Shown here one piece after another: positions 1-12,057 of a stretch of DNA of 57,412 nt. A program made the translations under genes and the position numbers. The notes under the pieces are model-generated. The model did not search any database and was not told the origin of the DNA. It saw only the letters and a program-made list of their open reading frames with translations. This DNA is from Rotaria socialis (lineage: Eukaryota). The number at the start of each line of letters is the position of its first letter. Within the stretch, counting starts at the first letter, position 1. Where the stretch lies: assembly GCA_905331295.1 (NCBI GenBank), contig CAJNYD010000124.1, positions 1-57,412 on the forward strand, given 5' to 3'.

Positions 1-150
1 GAAAACATTAATTTTAAAATTAATGTTAATGTTTTTCATTAATCATTAATATTAATGAATTAAGTTTGTCTTAGAAAACATTAACCATTAATATTAATGG
101 CTAATGGAAGTCATTAATTAAGTTCCGTTAAAAAAAATGGTCCACCCCTA
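1..150. mobile_element. Possible end of a non-autonomous DNA transposon (MITE), truncated by the window edge
   Basis: AT-rich stretch with the palindrome CATTAATATTAATG at 44-57 and 86-99. It ends in GGTCCACCCCTA, whose reverse complement TAGGGGTGGACC resembles a hAT-type terminal inverted repeat. The partner terminus is not visible. Confidence 0.3.
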
Positions 151-409
151 GAGGGGGGTGGCCTTAAGGCAAACTAGATAGAGGTGGAGTAGCTTACCGC
201 CACTCTCGGCGATGATGTTTTTACGCTTCTTCACATATCCAGAATGTAACAACTTCATACATAACACACTTATTTATAGGAGAGATATATATTAGAATAA
301 TGGAACGAGAATAGAAAGAGGAGAAAGGAGAATCACCCAAACGTGCCATCAATATCGGCACAGAGGGGACTCTCATAGTTGTACTTAATGCCTAGCGGTG
401 ATTGTGACA
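151..409 (-). mobile_element. Possible partial or solo LTR
   Basis: Locally higher GC. The minus strand begins TGTCACA at 409, an LTR-type TG start, and has an internal TATAAATA box near 271-278. The other end abuts the putative MITE. There is no coding remnant. Confidence 0.3.
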
Positions 410-1403
410 ATAATGTTAAATCGTGAATATATGATGATGATGATTAGATCTTATGTAATTTCTTTTTATTTGTGTTCCTGAGTTTGCTTATATGTCATTG
501 ATGGAGCTGATTGTATGGAGAAAATTGCAAATGTCTTTTTTTTATACAGTTTCCGGCTTATAATTGTTTTAAATTATTTCGAACCATGTAAAGCATTGCA
601 TCCGCTTATGTGTGTTGTTGAATAAGATAGTTTGAAACTAAAGTTGTTATTACTACACTGCAGACATATTGTTTAATATTGGTTTTTAGCTAGATTAATT
701 TTTTATTACATGTGTGAGCCACTGACAAAAAGTATATGAATAAAGAGTAAGAAACGATTATTAGGCGTTTCTATTCTGCAGGAGACAGCCGTGACTTATT
801 AAATTCACATGAATTTATATATTGCATAGCCTTTTAATTTTCAAGTTGCTTGAGGTGTTAATAGATTTTTCGCTTTTTAAATGACTGAAATAGTGGGAGA
901 AATTATATTTTTGATAAGGTATACGTTATTAGTCGATGCACTGTAGTCCAACTTCTTAGAAATATCGTCGCATATATTTTCATTGAGACTGAGTTTGGAA
1001 ATTTCACTAAAATCATTAGCTTTTACTGAGGCCTAACCAATCAAGCATTTCAAAGCATGATTTGTATTGATTGCGTATGTTCTGTTGTAGTGTCCCTATG
1101 TTCCAGAGCAGAGTACTAAAATCTAGAATCATAATATTCGATTAGGATATCAACTTGAATAGCTCTATTAGCAAAATAGATAGTGTATCATATAGACTGT
1201 TATATGGCAGTCTAGATTTGAATAAACCCCATGCAATTTAAGTATTGATAACAAATCAATTCGAACAAAGTAATGTGATAATGGTGTTGTATACTCTGAT
1301 ACAATATACTAGAAATTTTTGAATTATATATATTATTTTTGATAAGAGAATTCTTTTAGTTTAAAATCAGAAACTAATGTCTTTTCTTTTATAATAACTT
1401 CAG

Positions 1404-3148
1404 TACATAAACCTTCGCAAACTACAACACATAAACCGATTACTTTGACTGAAGAAAGTAAGTTAAACATTGGCATTACATACGAACATACAGGAGAAAA
1501 TGAAAAATCGTTTTTCTTTAACTAGAATGTACAAATATGCAAGATGTAGTACAGTTGGGTTCTAAGGTTTTTGCGTCGGTGAATATCAATGGTATGCCTG
1601 TTAAAACAGCATCTATTCCAATTTGGCTCGCAGTGACAAACCTACCTTTTGTTATTAAAGCTACCTTTAAACATGTAAGAATATGACTTTTTGTCAAATT
1701 TATCTAATTTTCATCTTTTGAACTATAGCCAGCTACTCTCCGTGAAGTCTCAATCGTTAATCCGTCTGAATCAGAAGTATTCTTGATGAAAGTTGCCACT
1801 GATCAAACAAGCGATGTATTCAGTATGAATCGTGATGCACCAACTGTGACATTTGAAAACGACTTAGAATTTGTTGGAGAGTTAACAATCACACTGTTAT
1901 CAACAAGAGATAACATGTTACCAGAAAATCCAGTGAAATTAGCAATATTGGCGTGCTACACCGATGAAACTTTCCGTACCAAAGCAGTCGTTGAATCTAG
2001 TAAGCTAATTTTTATTTACACCTGAACAATTATTTGATACTAGTATTTTTATGTATTATATTTAGCACCAGCGACTACTAATGTATCGTCTAGTTTATTA
2101 TCAACATATCCTAGCACGAACCCGTCGAAACATAAAACAATACCTGACGTTTTGACGACTACGTCTGACACTTGTGAAGATGGCATTGCCCTTATTCCAT
2201 ATCAAAGCAATAATGAAAACAAACCATTAATGCCTCGCTATTTTATACAACCACGAACACCGTATCAGCCAAGTAATATTAATCCCGGAGAAATTGGTGT
2301 TTCGTTTCCTGCATCAGACAAGCCTTATATTATTATTTTTCCCATGGCACCAATAGCTATTATAAAATCAGTTCGGTTGCCTAACACAACAAATGTCGAT
2401 CAAATACGTGTCATGTTTTTGGATGCAAAAGATAAGCCAATAATGACTCATCCATTAGATCAAGTTCCATTACAAATAACTTCACAGGTGACAACAAGTC
2501 CAAAAATAAATGTATATCTTTCAACAAAAGTAAATTCTGTTCATATTACATTGTTACATACAAGCGACAATCAACCACCACACGATGTAACAGTTGAAAT
2601 CGTTGTTTGTGTTGCACCAACAATTACGACACCAACAACTAGTGTGACAGAAGTGGAAACGCACACTGTACCGACTACGGATCATGTATCATCACAACCA
2701 CGTAAGAATACCAAGTAATTGGAATCTTGAATTTATTTTTCTTCTTTTAATTATAGTTCCCGACAGTCCTTGCAAACCTAAGACCAAATATTCTGCTCGT
2801 ATCACTGTTGGTGCATGTATTTCTCAACAAGAAATTCAACACGAATCATGTGTTGGTTATTGCCCATCATACGAACAGCTTGATCCATTAACTGGAAATG
2901 TTGCAGCAAAAGAATGCTCATGTTGTGCACCAGATTCAACTTATACTGAATCTATTATGATGGATTGTCGTAATACTACCACGGGACGAAATGAACAACG
3001 AACAACTCAAATAATTCGTATTCGATCATGCAAATGTTTAATCTGTTTAGGAACAGCAAAAAGATCTTATAGCGACGACAAAGGAACACATGAAACAATG
3101 GCGAAAACCAATCCTACGGCAATAAAAACAAGAACACGTCGACGATAG
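1404..3148 (+). CDS. 3' portion of a secreted mucin/vWF/hemolectin-like protein with Thr/Ser-rich linkers and a C-terminal cystine-knot (CTCK) domain
   Basis: Exons 1404-1457, 1526-1674, 1729-1999, 2066-2701 and 2757-3148 are joined by GT-AG introns. The last exon has CTCK spacing (C...CVGYCPS...ECSCC...C...CKC). The 5' part of the gene lies upstream of the window. Confidence 0.7.
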
Positions 3149-4117
3149 AAATAAAACAGCTTTTGATACAAATTATATATCTTGCATTTTAAGAGATAAT
3201 ATATATGGGTGATAGGTTACTAAAGTTTTAATATATATCATTATATTTAATCTTATTGATTTACTCTTTTATTTTCCTTCTTAATTCCAATTAAATGATA
3301 TATCGTTCTTATCATTTGATTACGTGCTTTGGATAAAATAAATGAAGTTAAATTATATAAATTTTACTCTATGAATAAGAATATATATCAATTGAATCAT
3401 AGGGTGTAAACTGTAAGAGGAATAACATGATAATATATTATGATAATCATTCATTATTATTGTGTCAGCTATGATTGTAGCGTTTCAAAGATTTTCATGG
3501 CTTCATTTAAAATTTCATTAGCCTACTGCAAGATTAAAATTTTAAAAAAAATCATTTTGCATACTCGAAGATGTACAATAATTATTTGTCTCATCTTAAT
3601 ACTGCATGCATACAGTCTGTTGCATCAATGTTCAAATGTACTGTTACCTTTTTGTCGCTTCCCAAAAAATCAGCGAAAACTCATAAATAATAATAATAAT
3701 CATAAAAAAAAAGAAGAAAACACAGGCAAACATAAAAGAAAAACAGGTCAAGATAAAAAGAGACAGTGAAGTTTTTTTGCACAATTTCATAAAAAACATG
3801 TACACAAGAACAAATATACGAAGAGAAAATTTCGATTTGCCAGTTTTTGAATAAGAAAAAAAATAGAAATTTGACACTGAGGGCACGAAGTTAATTCAAT
3901 CAGCGGTTATTCATTCTCAAACATGTAGCGGTTTTATATATCATATACAATGTTACATTCTATTAAGTTTGCATCACACGCCGAGACGAGTCAGTACAAA
4001 CACACAAATATTGACACTCTCTTTTTTTTTATACCTGAAGGTAAACTGCTACAAATGGAGAAGATTGGAATCGAATATAAAAGCAAGAAAAAAAAAGCTT
4101 TGACCCTGAACATATTG

Positions 4118-5815
4118 TTAATATTCAAATGCTTTTTGTTGTGTAGTGTCAGCTTGTTCGATATTATCGGATAGATAGAAAGGTTGAACAATATTCTTGT
4201 CACGATCCCATGGTACAAATGCACATGATACATGTCGTCTTTGATCAACTGAAGCTGATTGACTTCGTTGTCGATTTGATAGTTTTTCATTGTTATTATT
4301 GTTATTATTATTTAAATTTTCATTTGAACTATAAATTAAAGGAGTACGAGATGCTTGTCTATCGTTGATGGAATCATAAACAACAGTTTGAAATTCTCTC
4401 GGTACTTCCCATTCGACTTCATTCAATTGACTAACGCTAGCAAAACGCATTCTACTCGATGATGATGATGTTGGATCACTTCTTGAAATAGTTGATTCAT
4501 TGGGAATAATTATTTCAATTGCACTTGTTGGATAATCAATTGGAATTGATTCATCTGTATTTATTTTGACTGATATTCGAGGTGATTCATCAAATTTTGA
4601 TGGTGTCCGACTACGATGTGTTTGAGAATATTGTATTGAGAGTAAATCAAGCGGTGGTGATGGTGATGGTGATGGTGATGGCGGTGGTGGTGGTGTACTA
4701 TTACTACTTTTAAGAATAGATTTCGGTACAATAGTTAAATTATTACCACCGAATGATTCAGTTGATGTATCTGTTCGTTGTGTATGTGGAAGAATAAGGT
4801 CAGAACGGCGAAGAGATTGAAATTGAAAATTTTCGAATTCATTTTCATCATCATGTTTAAAATTGTCATGATCTTCATATTCATGACGATAATGACGAAG
4901 ATCAAGTATAGTTGGATGAGGAGGTGGAGATTGATGCGTATAAATATAATCATCTGTCGGATAAGAACGAATTTCATAATCAGCTGGTAATAATTGTGCT
5001 GTATTAATTATACCAGTTGACTGTGGTGCTTGTAATTCAATCCAGTTTAAATGTTGAGACGAGGAAGGAGGTGATGCTATTACAGATGATACCGGTGGAT
5101 TAAATTCATTACCATCATCATCATCATCATCATCATCATCCCCACCACCGTCACGATAAAAGCCAAAATTTTGAATACCGCTATCGAAACTGATCGTAGG
5201 ATTTTGCCCACGAATAGTACCAACAAGTGCTAATTCATCAGCATGTGGTGGACGAAGGATTGTTGACTGAAATTGTGATGGTGTACCATTATTACCTTGC
5301 AAATATTCATATTCTTCTCGCTACAAAAAGAAAATAGAAAACGAAAGTCAACATTCATCTACTATAACTAACTATAAATCGAGTTTTATCTTGAAAATAA
5401 CCAATCAACTGAAGTGTAAAAATAACTAACTTGAAATCAATTGATTTAATTAAATACTTATTCTTGTATAAACAAAAATATCTCATCTATTTGTTTCGTT
5501 CGTTCGATTGGCAAAAAAAACATTATTCTAGCTTGATGACGAATTATTCTCCTTGAACACCGATCAACAAGTAACATCAAGCGGTAACTTGATATATTAG
5601 ATATCAGGAATGGGTATAAAAAAAACTTTTTCCTTGCAATTATTCAAATGTACTATTGAAAATTTTACAAAAAAAAATCGAATTACCTTAACATAAAATC
5701 GCTTCGGTTTAATACGATTACAACACCACCGGCATAGAAAGATGATACATAGAAGTTCGAATAAGATTATGGAAAATACGGCCCAAAAAAATAAATTTGT
5801 TTCCAGTTGGTTCAT
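4118..5815 (-). CDS. Uncharacterised single-pass membrane protein with a long low-complexity cytoplasmic tail
   Basis: Exon 5815-5687 encodes 43 codons: a hydrophobic helix FFWAVFSIILFELLCIIFL followed by CRWCC and basic residues. It splices in frame to exon 5320-4118, which contains the 394-aa ORF with poly-D, Pro/Ser-rich and poly-N runs. Confidence 0.7.
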
Positions 5816-8800
5816 CGTCGTCTATCGAGGAGATGAGCAATCGATAATACCTGTACTGAAACCGAAAAAGATACGAATAAAATCAATTACTAGTCGACAA
5901 ATAGAAGTTTATAAAATTGCGTAAGAAAGAACGTAATATTCATGAGAAGGTTATCTCTAGTTGATGATCCATACATTAGAAAACGAAAGACTATTATTGA
6001 TCAAAGAAATAGCTACGATTGCCTTCAAAGTCAAAGGATACTTTCATACGAAAATAAAATTCAATGTTCAATATGAAGTGGTAGGTCATCGTTTGGTTCA
6101 ATTGTAGAAAAAAAATTTAAAAAAACATATATATATATATATATATACATGTATATAGTAACAGAGACAATTGTATGATGTAATTGTTCTGAGTATTTTT
6201 TTACCCTGAAGCCTATTTGAACAAAAAAAGAAAACGACTGATCGAATTTCAATGGGTCTATTTTCAAAACGAACTCGTCATAAATAAGATTGATCATAAG
6301 TATTTGAATGCGCACGCGTTCTCTTTCTGTATATCTTAGCATATGCGAGTCTCAAATTTCAACAGTATGAAAAGGTGCGAATAAATTACTTCCACACATT
6401 TATATTAATATGAACGAATAAAAATGTTCGACGACGATGCCATAGTACTGCAATTACAGAAATCAAAAGTATATTAAATATTTGAACTTATATTGTTCAA
6501 ATCAAATTCCAAATAAACCGAAACAGACTTTCTTTTGTGCTTGCATAGATTACTAGAATGTCGTTTGATAGAAATGAATAATCTGTTCTCAATTTTGTGT
6601 CCAAAAATCGATGTATTCCTTTTGTACTTTTTCTCTCTCTCTTCTCGTCTCTTTATCCCTATTCCAATTGTTTTTCTTTTTGACATACAATAAGAATACA
6701 TTCGGTTTTGTTGCTCTTCCTTCTTACGATGTGGTTTATGTCTAATCCACAACTGCAATCATTTCACATACTTGAAATATGTAGGCACACTCTATGCTTT
6801 TTTTGTCTCTCATTTACTCTTTTTTTTGTGTCGATTGTTATTTTTGACTACGTTAAGCACATCTATATGCATTATTTTGTTACCTGCAAATGTCTCTTGT
6901 TTTTCTATGTCATCTTTTACAGACAAAAACATATGACAAAGAATGAAATCGTACAAGTATCAAAGTGTGAGAGAAAGAGACACAAGAAAATATGTCATTT
7001 TAACTTATACTTTCATTTTTTACCTTTTGATACTGGTGTGTCGTGCCCGAATTTTTAACATTTACTTTCCTACAAAATTTTATCATGACATCAAATCATT
7101 TACTATTTGTGCTCACTTAAACATTATTGGTGTTTATACAAAATAAAAAAAAACCTCGACGAGCACATTACCAAAAAATGAGGAAGAAAAAAGAACAAAG
7201 GCGAAGATTAACTGACGTATAGAGATTTTCTGCTCGATGCATTCGTGATTATAATAAAATACAAAGAGAAATAATAGAAAAATATCACGGTAAAGTTCTT
7301 TCATTCTTTCAAAATACTTACATAAATTGATTGTATCACCAGTTGATACATTGAAAATGATAAGACATGTATTTGAACAAGATACATTTGCATGCCATGC
7401 AGAAGTAAACTAATTTTCTTTTATATTTTTATTCTAATCTAGGTAGACTTTAGCCTAAAGGTAACATTGAGTTTCGGCATATATCTAAAAATGAGAATAT
7501 AGAACTGAATATTTATAAAAGAAAAACACGCTAGTCAGAGAGCAAGATGAATGAGTCGTTGGTGAGAAAGAGAGAGAGAGAGAGACAGCGAGCGAGAAAA
7601 AAAGAAAAAAAAGAAACGTTGTGTTTGAGAGTGCGGCTTCTTCATCGTTCTTCTTCGGCACACACGCACATATATGTAGAGAGAGTTTAATAATGTAGTG
7701 CAGATTTTGCAATGATCAACGAGTGAACTAACTAGTCTTTCTTAAAAAAAGAAAAGAAGAATGTCGATGGTAAAAGAACATACCGTTTTGTCCAATTACA
7801 GGCTCGAATAAAAGACGAGCAACGTGGAAGAAGAACACACAAAGATCTGCAAACCGTGATGCAGAAAATTTTTATATATCTTGGTTGTTATGAATTTTTC
7901 CGCTATAGGTCTGTGTGTCTATTCTAACGCCATTTTTCTTTGTATTCACCTGAAATATACCCTTAAAATGGGCACATCAAATTGTCGTATTTATTTTTAG
8001 TAGAAACATAATATCGAGAATGGAGTCATTGTGATATGAAAGATTAACAATTCTATGGTTTTATCTAAGTCTCCATTTTTTCCTTCTTTGTATGCTTGAC
8101 ATAAGCGGAATGAAAAGAAAAGAAAAATGGCCAAAAATAGACACACAACTTAATGCATACCTTACAGTGAAGGCCAATCATTAGTTTTAATGTTTTGCTG
8201 TATATATATATATATTTCAAGTGCAGATTGATGTCGTTCGATATGCATAAGTGTATGTTTATGAATTTAATATGAGCTGCGTATGATCCAAATTCGATTG
8301 ACTCGACTGCTTTTGTTTTGGTTATTTTTCCGCTATTTGCATCAATGTTGGTCTGCCCACTTGTCATACTCTTGAAAGTGTAAGTGTATCAGTAGTAAAA
8401 AAAAGGGACACATTTTATTCTCAAACTGTTCTACTCTATAGTCTCAAAGAAAAATAAACGTTTTGTTAATCGATTTTACACTAAACAAGCCAATACGTGC
8501 TCCTATTATAATTAGAAAAACGACGAAAAGGAATGAGAAGATATATATATATATATATATATGTAGACATATATACCTCACGTCAAGCAGTCGCTCTTAT
8601 GCTTTCGTTAAATAGACTTGACAAAGAAAAAACAACAGCACATTGACATTTTCACAACATAATTGATGACATCACCTTTCATTTACTTTGATTCACATAC
8701 ATATGATGATTATTGACCACTCACATCCATATAGATAGGCTTGCTTATTTATTTGTACAAAAACAAAAAACGAAGCGTTAGACAAAAAGAAATGGATTCA

Positions 8801-8818
8801 AATACATATATGAAATGT

Positions 8819-10521
8819 TTAAACAGCTGTTCCACGTTCCAAATTTTGCTTGATTTCGGCTGTATATTTTCCGTAGTAACGTTCGATTTTCTTGTTAAAT
8901 GCACGATTACGTTCATTGATATAATCGATATCAGCATCGATATCAAATGCACGACGACGAGAAAATTTGCCACGTTTTGAATACTGTAGTTCCAGATCTT
9001 CAACCATACGATTGACAGCCTTTTCATTTGGTTTATGTGAACCATGAATCAATGAACTTGATGTTGCATAATAATCTTCACCCCTACAAATGTAATAAAT
9101 GTATACGTCTAGCTATGATAGATTTATCATATCGACGATAAACTTACAATTCTTCTTTTTGCTTATCGCATGCTTCCATATCAGGTTTTATTTGTGCAGT
9201 CAATTTTGTATACGCACGATAAGTACATTGTTCATAGTCTATAAATAAAAGTAGATGTTTAACTGATTTGTGTAACAAGAGAACATTATGAAGAGAAAAA
9301 AAATAAGTGAAAGTTTACATTTGATGTTATAATAAATTACTTGAGAACTATTAGCAAAACAGAGTATTGAAGGTCAATTAGTACTGAGTACATTTGAATA
9401 AAAAAAAGAATCTATTTAACTATTTCTTTTGCTTCAACAGAAAAAAAAATTTTTAATTCTTTTCCCAGACACATGCTTTTTCTATGACTCTGCTCATTTA
9501 AAGATTACATAACTCTTATTTTATCATACTTTCTATATGATTAGAAAGTGAATCACAGAGAAATATTTAACTTACTATCAAAGCCAACATCGGGATTCTT
9601 TTTCTTGCGTTTTTTCTCCCATTTGTCACAATCTTCGGCTGTCCAATCTAATTGTTCAACACGTTCATAATCAAGACCAGAATCAACAGCATCACGACGT
9701 CGTTTGGTTAGTTCATCTTGTTTCTTAATACGTTCACAACGACGTTCGAAATTTGTCGGTAAACTTTTTCGATGATCTTCTTCTATGACTTCAACATGAT
9801 TTAATTTTCGAGCTTCATTCTATATTTCAATAAAAAGGATAAAATTGTTTTCAACGATAAAACGAAATAATAATGGGTGCATATTAGTAAATGGCCACTT
9901 TTTCTAAGTCATATGTGAATTATATTTAGTCCATTTTACTACAAATTCTGCAAAGAAAAGTGTAGTTTAAATTCAGTTTTTTTTTGTTAAACGAAAACTA
10001 CTACTCGATGCGACGCACATGAGAGAGGTAACACAAATTAAAAGCTCAAGGTATTAAGTAGTTCTCAAGAATTATACTGAAATTATTCTTTGACACGCAT
10101 AACATAAAAGTAAGTAACAGTTAGAGCATGGTAACTACGAGTACATACTTCTACTCAAGAGAAATCCTACACGTTTAACTCTCACGTTCGTCGATAGACA
10201 ATTATATCTGTCAATAAGACAGTATAATAATGCTTTAGATAGATTAGGAAACATAGAGTCAATACGCTGACTATCCCGTACTGTTCATAGACAAGCAAAA
10301 TTCTATTCTCAACACTTTGGTCTATTATGTATGAGACGTCATCTCCAATTATAAGTAAATGAAGTTAAAAGTCACGACTTTTTACTAGGAGATGAAATAA
10401 TAGTGGCCATTCATTCATTCTTTCTAATACATACGCGTCGCAAATGAAGTTCTTTTAATCGTGCAAGTCGTTCAGTACGCTTAGTATCGACATTATTATT
10501 TGTAGGTTTATCTTCATCCAT
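8819..10521 (-). CDS. SYF2: Pre-mRNA-splicing factor SYF2
   Basis: Exons 10521-10435, 9819-9576, 9238-9148 and 9083-8819. Motifs [22 protein letters not shown] and the C-terminal [37 protein letters not shown] are diagnostic of SYF2. Confidence 0.95.
9890..10411. mobile_element. Candidate MITE in SYF2 intron 1
   Basis: Inverted repeat AATGGCCACT (9890-9899) / AGTGGCCATT (10402-10411) brackets most of an unusually long (~615 nt) intron. Confidence 0.3.
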
Positions 10522-10556
10522 CTGAAACAGAAAAAAAATTTACATAACAATGAATT

Positions 10557-11985
10557 TTAGGCTTTTCTCATTTCTTGTTCTTCTTTATGTTTTAATATCT
10601 GAAATAGTTTATGATTTGTAAAAAGAGAAAAGTGTTTTTCTAGATCAGAGATGCACAATTGAATTAATGGCAACGATGGAGTTTTACAGATGGATACAGT
10701 TTGTAAATAACGTTGTATACATTCATCAATATTTTTTTGTTCCGGTTGTTCACGTTCAATAAAATCTTCAAAGGTAACAAGTAATTGTTCGAAGTAATTC
10801 GATGGAAAAAGATTTTTCTGAAGAATTATATTTTGATCTGAATGATTAACAACGATGGAAAATAAAAATGAAAGAATCGCTGTATGAAAATGATCAAGAT
10901 GTAAGCATAATGACGACGATCCATATGAACGAAGAGGAAATAAAACATTTAAACGAATCATTGAAGGAATAAAGTTGAACAACGATGAATTACCTATTTA
11001 GAAAGAAAAAAATATATTAATTCTGACATTTCCTTTTGAACTGTCCAACATAAAATTTTTGCATCTATCATAGAACTTTTTATTCAACGATTATGATTTT
11101 AAAAGTCACAAGTCTTGATGATTCCTATGAGCTTGTTCAGTTCTAATCTTTGGATTTTGTTTTTACTGAACCCAATCTTTATATAGACATAGTTATGCCA
11201 ATGGTAAGCTTATCACTAAAAAATCTCCCTAACTCTTACTCTCCTATACAGAATAGCTAATTACTTTGTGTAATAAATTCTTGTTGTAAAGTAGCAAGCA
11301 GAAGGTTGGTAGAATTTGTTAAACCATATGTAAGTAATTCAATCAATGTTTGAATGATTTTTGTGTCAACAATAAAATTTTCCTTATCTAATAATACACA
11401 TGTTTGTTTAATAAAACATAATGTAAACAATGGCGATATTATACAAAGATTATTGGTTGATTTTGTTATTGCTAGTGCTATATGTTCATGTATAATGTAT
11501 TCGATAATTTTTGTTAATAATGAATCGATGGTTTTCGATACTGTTAAGAACCATTGTGCGATTATTGTTAATGCTGGTTTCGATTCAAATGATATTGCAA
11601 GTGAAAGAAATTTTAAAAATAAATTATAGTAAAGTGTAAATAATGGATGATCGGGATCTGAGAGTATATCGAAAAAAATTGCATCGAAAACACGTGCTGA
11701 AATTGTTATATCTGATTGATTTTCTAGAAATTGTCTTAGTAGATCGAGTGTATGAAGTTCTTGAATATTATTTAATGTTTTTTTCCATACGGGCTGAGAT
11801 GGATTCGTATTTGATGTTGAAAGTGAATGACAAAATAAAAAACGATTTGCTAACATAGTTAAATCTTTACGTGCAAACATTGAACATTCACGCATTGCAA
11901 TCAATGCTGCTTCAACAGATGCCGGAAATGTGTGTTGATGTAATAATTGTGTAACCGTTTCAATAGTTAATTGTCCACTATCCAT
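10557..11985 (-). CDS. INTS15: Integrator complex subunit 15 (C7orf26-like)
   Basis: Exons 11985-11265 and 10993-10557. LNNIQELHTLDLLRQFL, LFLKFLSLAISFESKPALTIIAQW and ISPLFTLCFI match the recalled C7orf26 motifs LNSLQELQLLE, LVSMAVA..PVL..AASW and SPRFCCQFI. Confidence 0.75.
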
Positions 11986-12013
11986 TATTAGAATATAGAA
12001 ATATCTAAAACAA

Positions 12014-12037
12014 AGAGAGAGAGAGAGAGAGAGAGAG
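12014..12037. repeat. (GA)n/(TC)n microsatellite forming the polypyrimidine tract of the acceptor upstream of INTS15
   Basis: Visible directly in the sequence, adjacent to TTTGTTTTAG on the minus strand (AG at 12006-12005). Confidence 0.85.
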
Positions 12038-12057
12038 AAAATAGATAACAAATATTT

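Noticed and set aside
3440..4290. Several short ORFs on both strands (3440-3769, 3644-3886, 3950-4174, 3991-4290)
   Set aside because: They have the low-complexity F/K/I composition typical of AT-rich UTR or intergenic DNA, or are alternative frames of the real minus-strand gene.
6061..8367. ORFs of 67-116 aa between the membrane gene and SYF2
   Set aside because: They are driven by microsatellites and poly-A/T runs, with no motifs or coherent exon chain.
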